A DNA stretch of 64,000 bases, from NCBI GenBank assembly GCA_965178125.1, contig OZ237760.1, forward strand, positions 310,001 through 374,000, in the 5' to 3' direction. The translations under genes and the position numbers were made by a program. The notes below the pieces were generated by a model. That model was not told the DNA's origin. It saw only the letters and a list, made by a program, of their open reading frames with translations, and did not search any database. Positions 62,279 through 64,000 of the stretch are shown piece by piece (position 1 is the first letter of the stretch; each line of letters opens with the position of its first letter). Origin of the DNA: Bilabrum cf. latius. Taxonomy: Eukaryota.

Positions 62279-64000
62279 TCATCGACCAGAGCCGCTCGAG
62301 GAGGCAGCACCCGAACCACCTTGTGGGACACGCCCAGCCCCTCCCCCTCTCCCCTCCTCCCCCCCACCCGCAAGGAGGTCAAACACGTCCCACACGATCA
62401 CACACCCGTCCTCTCCAACACTCACGACCTGCCTGTCATCAGGACTAAAGTGTACCCCGAGCACTGCCTGCGAGTGCCCCTCACCCACCGCAATGCATCT
62501 GGCACTCGTCAGGTCCCACAGGCGAACCGTCGAATCGGTGCCGCCCGTCACCACCCAATCGTGCTCAGAAGCACCCGCGATACAGGTGGCCTCGCCCCGC
62601 TCCCCGTGCGCCGCCGGGATCATGGATACCGGCTCCGGATCCCTCAGGTCCCAGAAGGTGACCCGCCGCTCCTGCCCCACCGTGAGCACCAGGCTCTCGT
62701 CCCTGGACAGCGCCAGCCCGTGCACGCCCCCCATCCTCTGCGTGTGGTTGGACACCATCCTCTCCTTCTCGAGGTCCCAGCACACGATGCTCTTGTCGCT
62801 GCTGCACGTGACCGCGTGCTTCCCGTCACCGTACAGCTCGATCCCCGTCACCCTCCCCGCGTGCTCCCTCATGTCTCCGACCAAAGACCTCGATCGCACG
62901 TCCCACAGCCGTAGCTCACCACGGATGCCTCCCGTGACCGCGAACCTCTGGTTGGCAGCCACCTTGGTGGCAGACACGCCGCCTTTGTGCGCGTTTGGAA
63001 TCTCCCAGAGGAAGGCCCCGTCCTCGGCCGAGTGCGACCTGACGATCCCGTCCTCCCACCCGCTGACGATCAGGTCCGGGGAACAAGCCAGGGACAGGGG
63101 GTGTCCGGCCCCCCGGCTGCTAATCACTGCCTCGGCCTCGTACGTGGTCCCGTCCCACACACGGACGGTGTTGTCGTCCCCCGCTGTGACGAACGCGTCG
63201 CTGATGCCGGGCGCGAAGGCCACGGCAACAACCGATGCTGCAGGCTTGCCGGACAGGCCCACGGAAGGATCAAGCTCTTTGCCCGCCACGGCCGAGGCAC
63301 CGCCTTTGCCCACCCCTTCTCCCGCCGCGGCAGATCGTTTCTCGTGCGCTTCCAGAATCACGTCTCTGGGCCCCAGGGCTGGAGGCTTTGTGGCGGTCCT
63401 CGGACCCGTGTCGCGACCCGCGCGAATGACGTCATCGAGCGCAACACGGCACACAACGCTGTTGCAGCAACCAAACAGAACGTCCCCAAAACCGGAACTG
63501 GGTTTCTCCTCCACTACGGGCACGATAGAACTGACACCACCGGGCGCCTCGCACCGCGCCAGCTCCCTGCACACTCCACCGCTGGATTGAACCGACCCCG
63601 AGTGCTGGCTGTGGCAGATCTCCACCGCCACGGCCACATCCACAGCGACCACCGTGCCATCACCGCACCCTGCAAGCAGCACGCCCCTCTCCCCCGCACT
63701 ACCGTGCGATGCCCCTGCAGCACCGTGCGATGCACCCACGTAGCAGAGGCTCATGACGCCTCCGGAGGAGGTAGGAAACCTTCCTATCACCTGCCTGTGC
63801 CTCACTGACACGAGAAGCACCTCCCCGCTGGCAGTGCCGCACGCCAGCAGGCTCCGATCGTCCGTGAGGCACAGCGCGGTGAAATCCCTCGCGCCGGAGT
63901 CGGTGGGCATGGGCAGCTTGCCCACGTCCACATGCCCGGTCAAGGGGTTCAAGGCGTAGACAGAGACGCCCCCGCGACCAGAGAGGCAGAACTGGTACAG
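62279..64000 (-). CDS. CFAP52/WDR16-like ciliary WD40 protein (5' part outside window)
   Basis: IPNAHKGGVS..AVTGG..GELRLWD..MREH, GHSQAV..FSPDDRQVVSVGEDG; TGA stop. Confidence 0.75.
   Translation of the reverse strand: MYQFCLSGRGGVSVYALNPLTGHVDVGKLPMPTDSGARDFTALCLTDDRSLLACGTASGEVLLVSVRHRQVIGRFPTSSGGVMSLCYVGASHGAAGASHGSAGERGVLLAGCGDGTVVAVDVAVAVEICHSQHSGSVQSSGGVCRELARCEAPGGVSSIVPVVEEKPSSGFGDVLFGCCNSVVCRVALDDVIRAGRDTGPRTATKPPALGPRDVILEAHEKRSAAAGEGVGKGGASAVAGKELDPSVGLSGKPAASVVAVAFAPGISDAFVTAGDDNTVRVWDGTTYEAEAVISSRGAGHPLSLACSPDLIVSGWEDGIVRSHSAEDGAFLWEIPNAHKGGVSATKVAANQRFAVTGGIRGELRLWDVRSRSLVGDMREHAGRVTGIELYGDGKHAVTCSSDKSIVCWDLEKERMVSNHTQRMGGVHGLALSRDESLVLTVGQERRVTFWDLRDPEPVSMIPAAHGERGEATCIAGASEHDWVVTGGTDSTVRLWDLTSARCIAVGEGHSQAVLGVHFSPDDRQVVSVGEDGCVIVWDVFDLLAGGGEEGRGGGAGRVPQGGSGAASSSGSGR

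Noticed and set aside
231-63808. Long antisense or alternate-frame ORFs (e.g. 873-1982, 3542-4225, 49417-50340, 62196-63590)
   Set aside because: Shadow ORFs of GC-rich genes on the opposite strand, with no motifs of their own.
1-64000. Mass pseudogenisation as the cause of in-frame stops
   Set aside because: Interruptions are almost exclusively TAG, I saw no clear frameshifts, and housekeeping genes are affected at conserved Gln sites.
1-64000. In-frame TAGs as intron acceptors, A-to-I edited Trp codons, or pyrrolysine
   Set aside because: Sequence on both sides aligns to motifs without gaps, and the conserved residue is Gln, not Trp or Lys.
1-64000. Ciliate-type table 6 (TAA and TAG both Gln)
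   Set aside because: RPL34 and the 20009 gene end in TAA; the only internal TAA seen is in a decayed retroelement.
1-64000. Suppressor tRNA(CUA), snRNA or rRNA genes
   Set aside because: No convincing cloverleaf or conserved RNA motif found by eye; a covariance-model search is needed.

Overview
GC-rich, gene-dense nuclear DNA from a flagellated microbial eukaryote (short GT-AG introns clustered at gene 5' ends; NEK kinase and CFAP52-like genes; a heterotrophic stramenopile such as a bicosoecid is only a guess). The main result is a non-standard genetic code. More than 50 in-frame TAG codons interrupt otherwise continuous genes, and where homolog motifs are recognisable they sit at conserved glutamines (sulfite reductase GIYM*HDRD, V-ATPase F IVVT*DIAD, methyltransferase MA*YG, GST *KEE, NEK C-terminal LVD*LVV). 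Every gene end I could trace is TGA or TAA, so UAG=Gln while UAA and UGA remain stops (equivalent to NCBI table 15). Reading TAG as Gln joins the fragmented ORF track into about 20 genes. It also reveals two near-identical ~1,220-aa proteins with a mitochondrial-presequence-like N-terminus, a P-loop NTPase and a PD-(D/E)xK nuclease (Crinkler/RHS-like), within a complex duplication. Other features are a truncated REL-endonuclease non-LTR retroelement that also uses TAG, and several duplications of gene 3' ends. All assignments come from motif recognition by eye; no database search was run.
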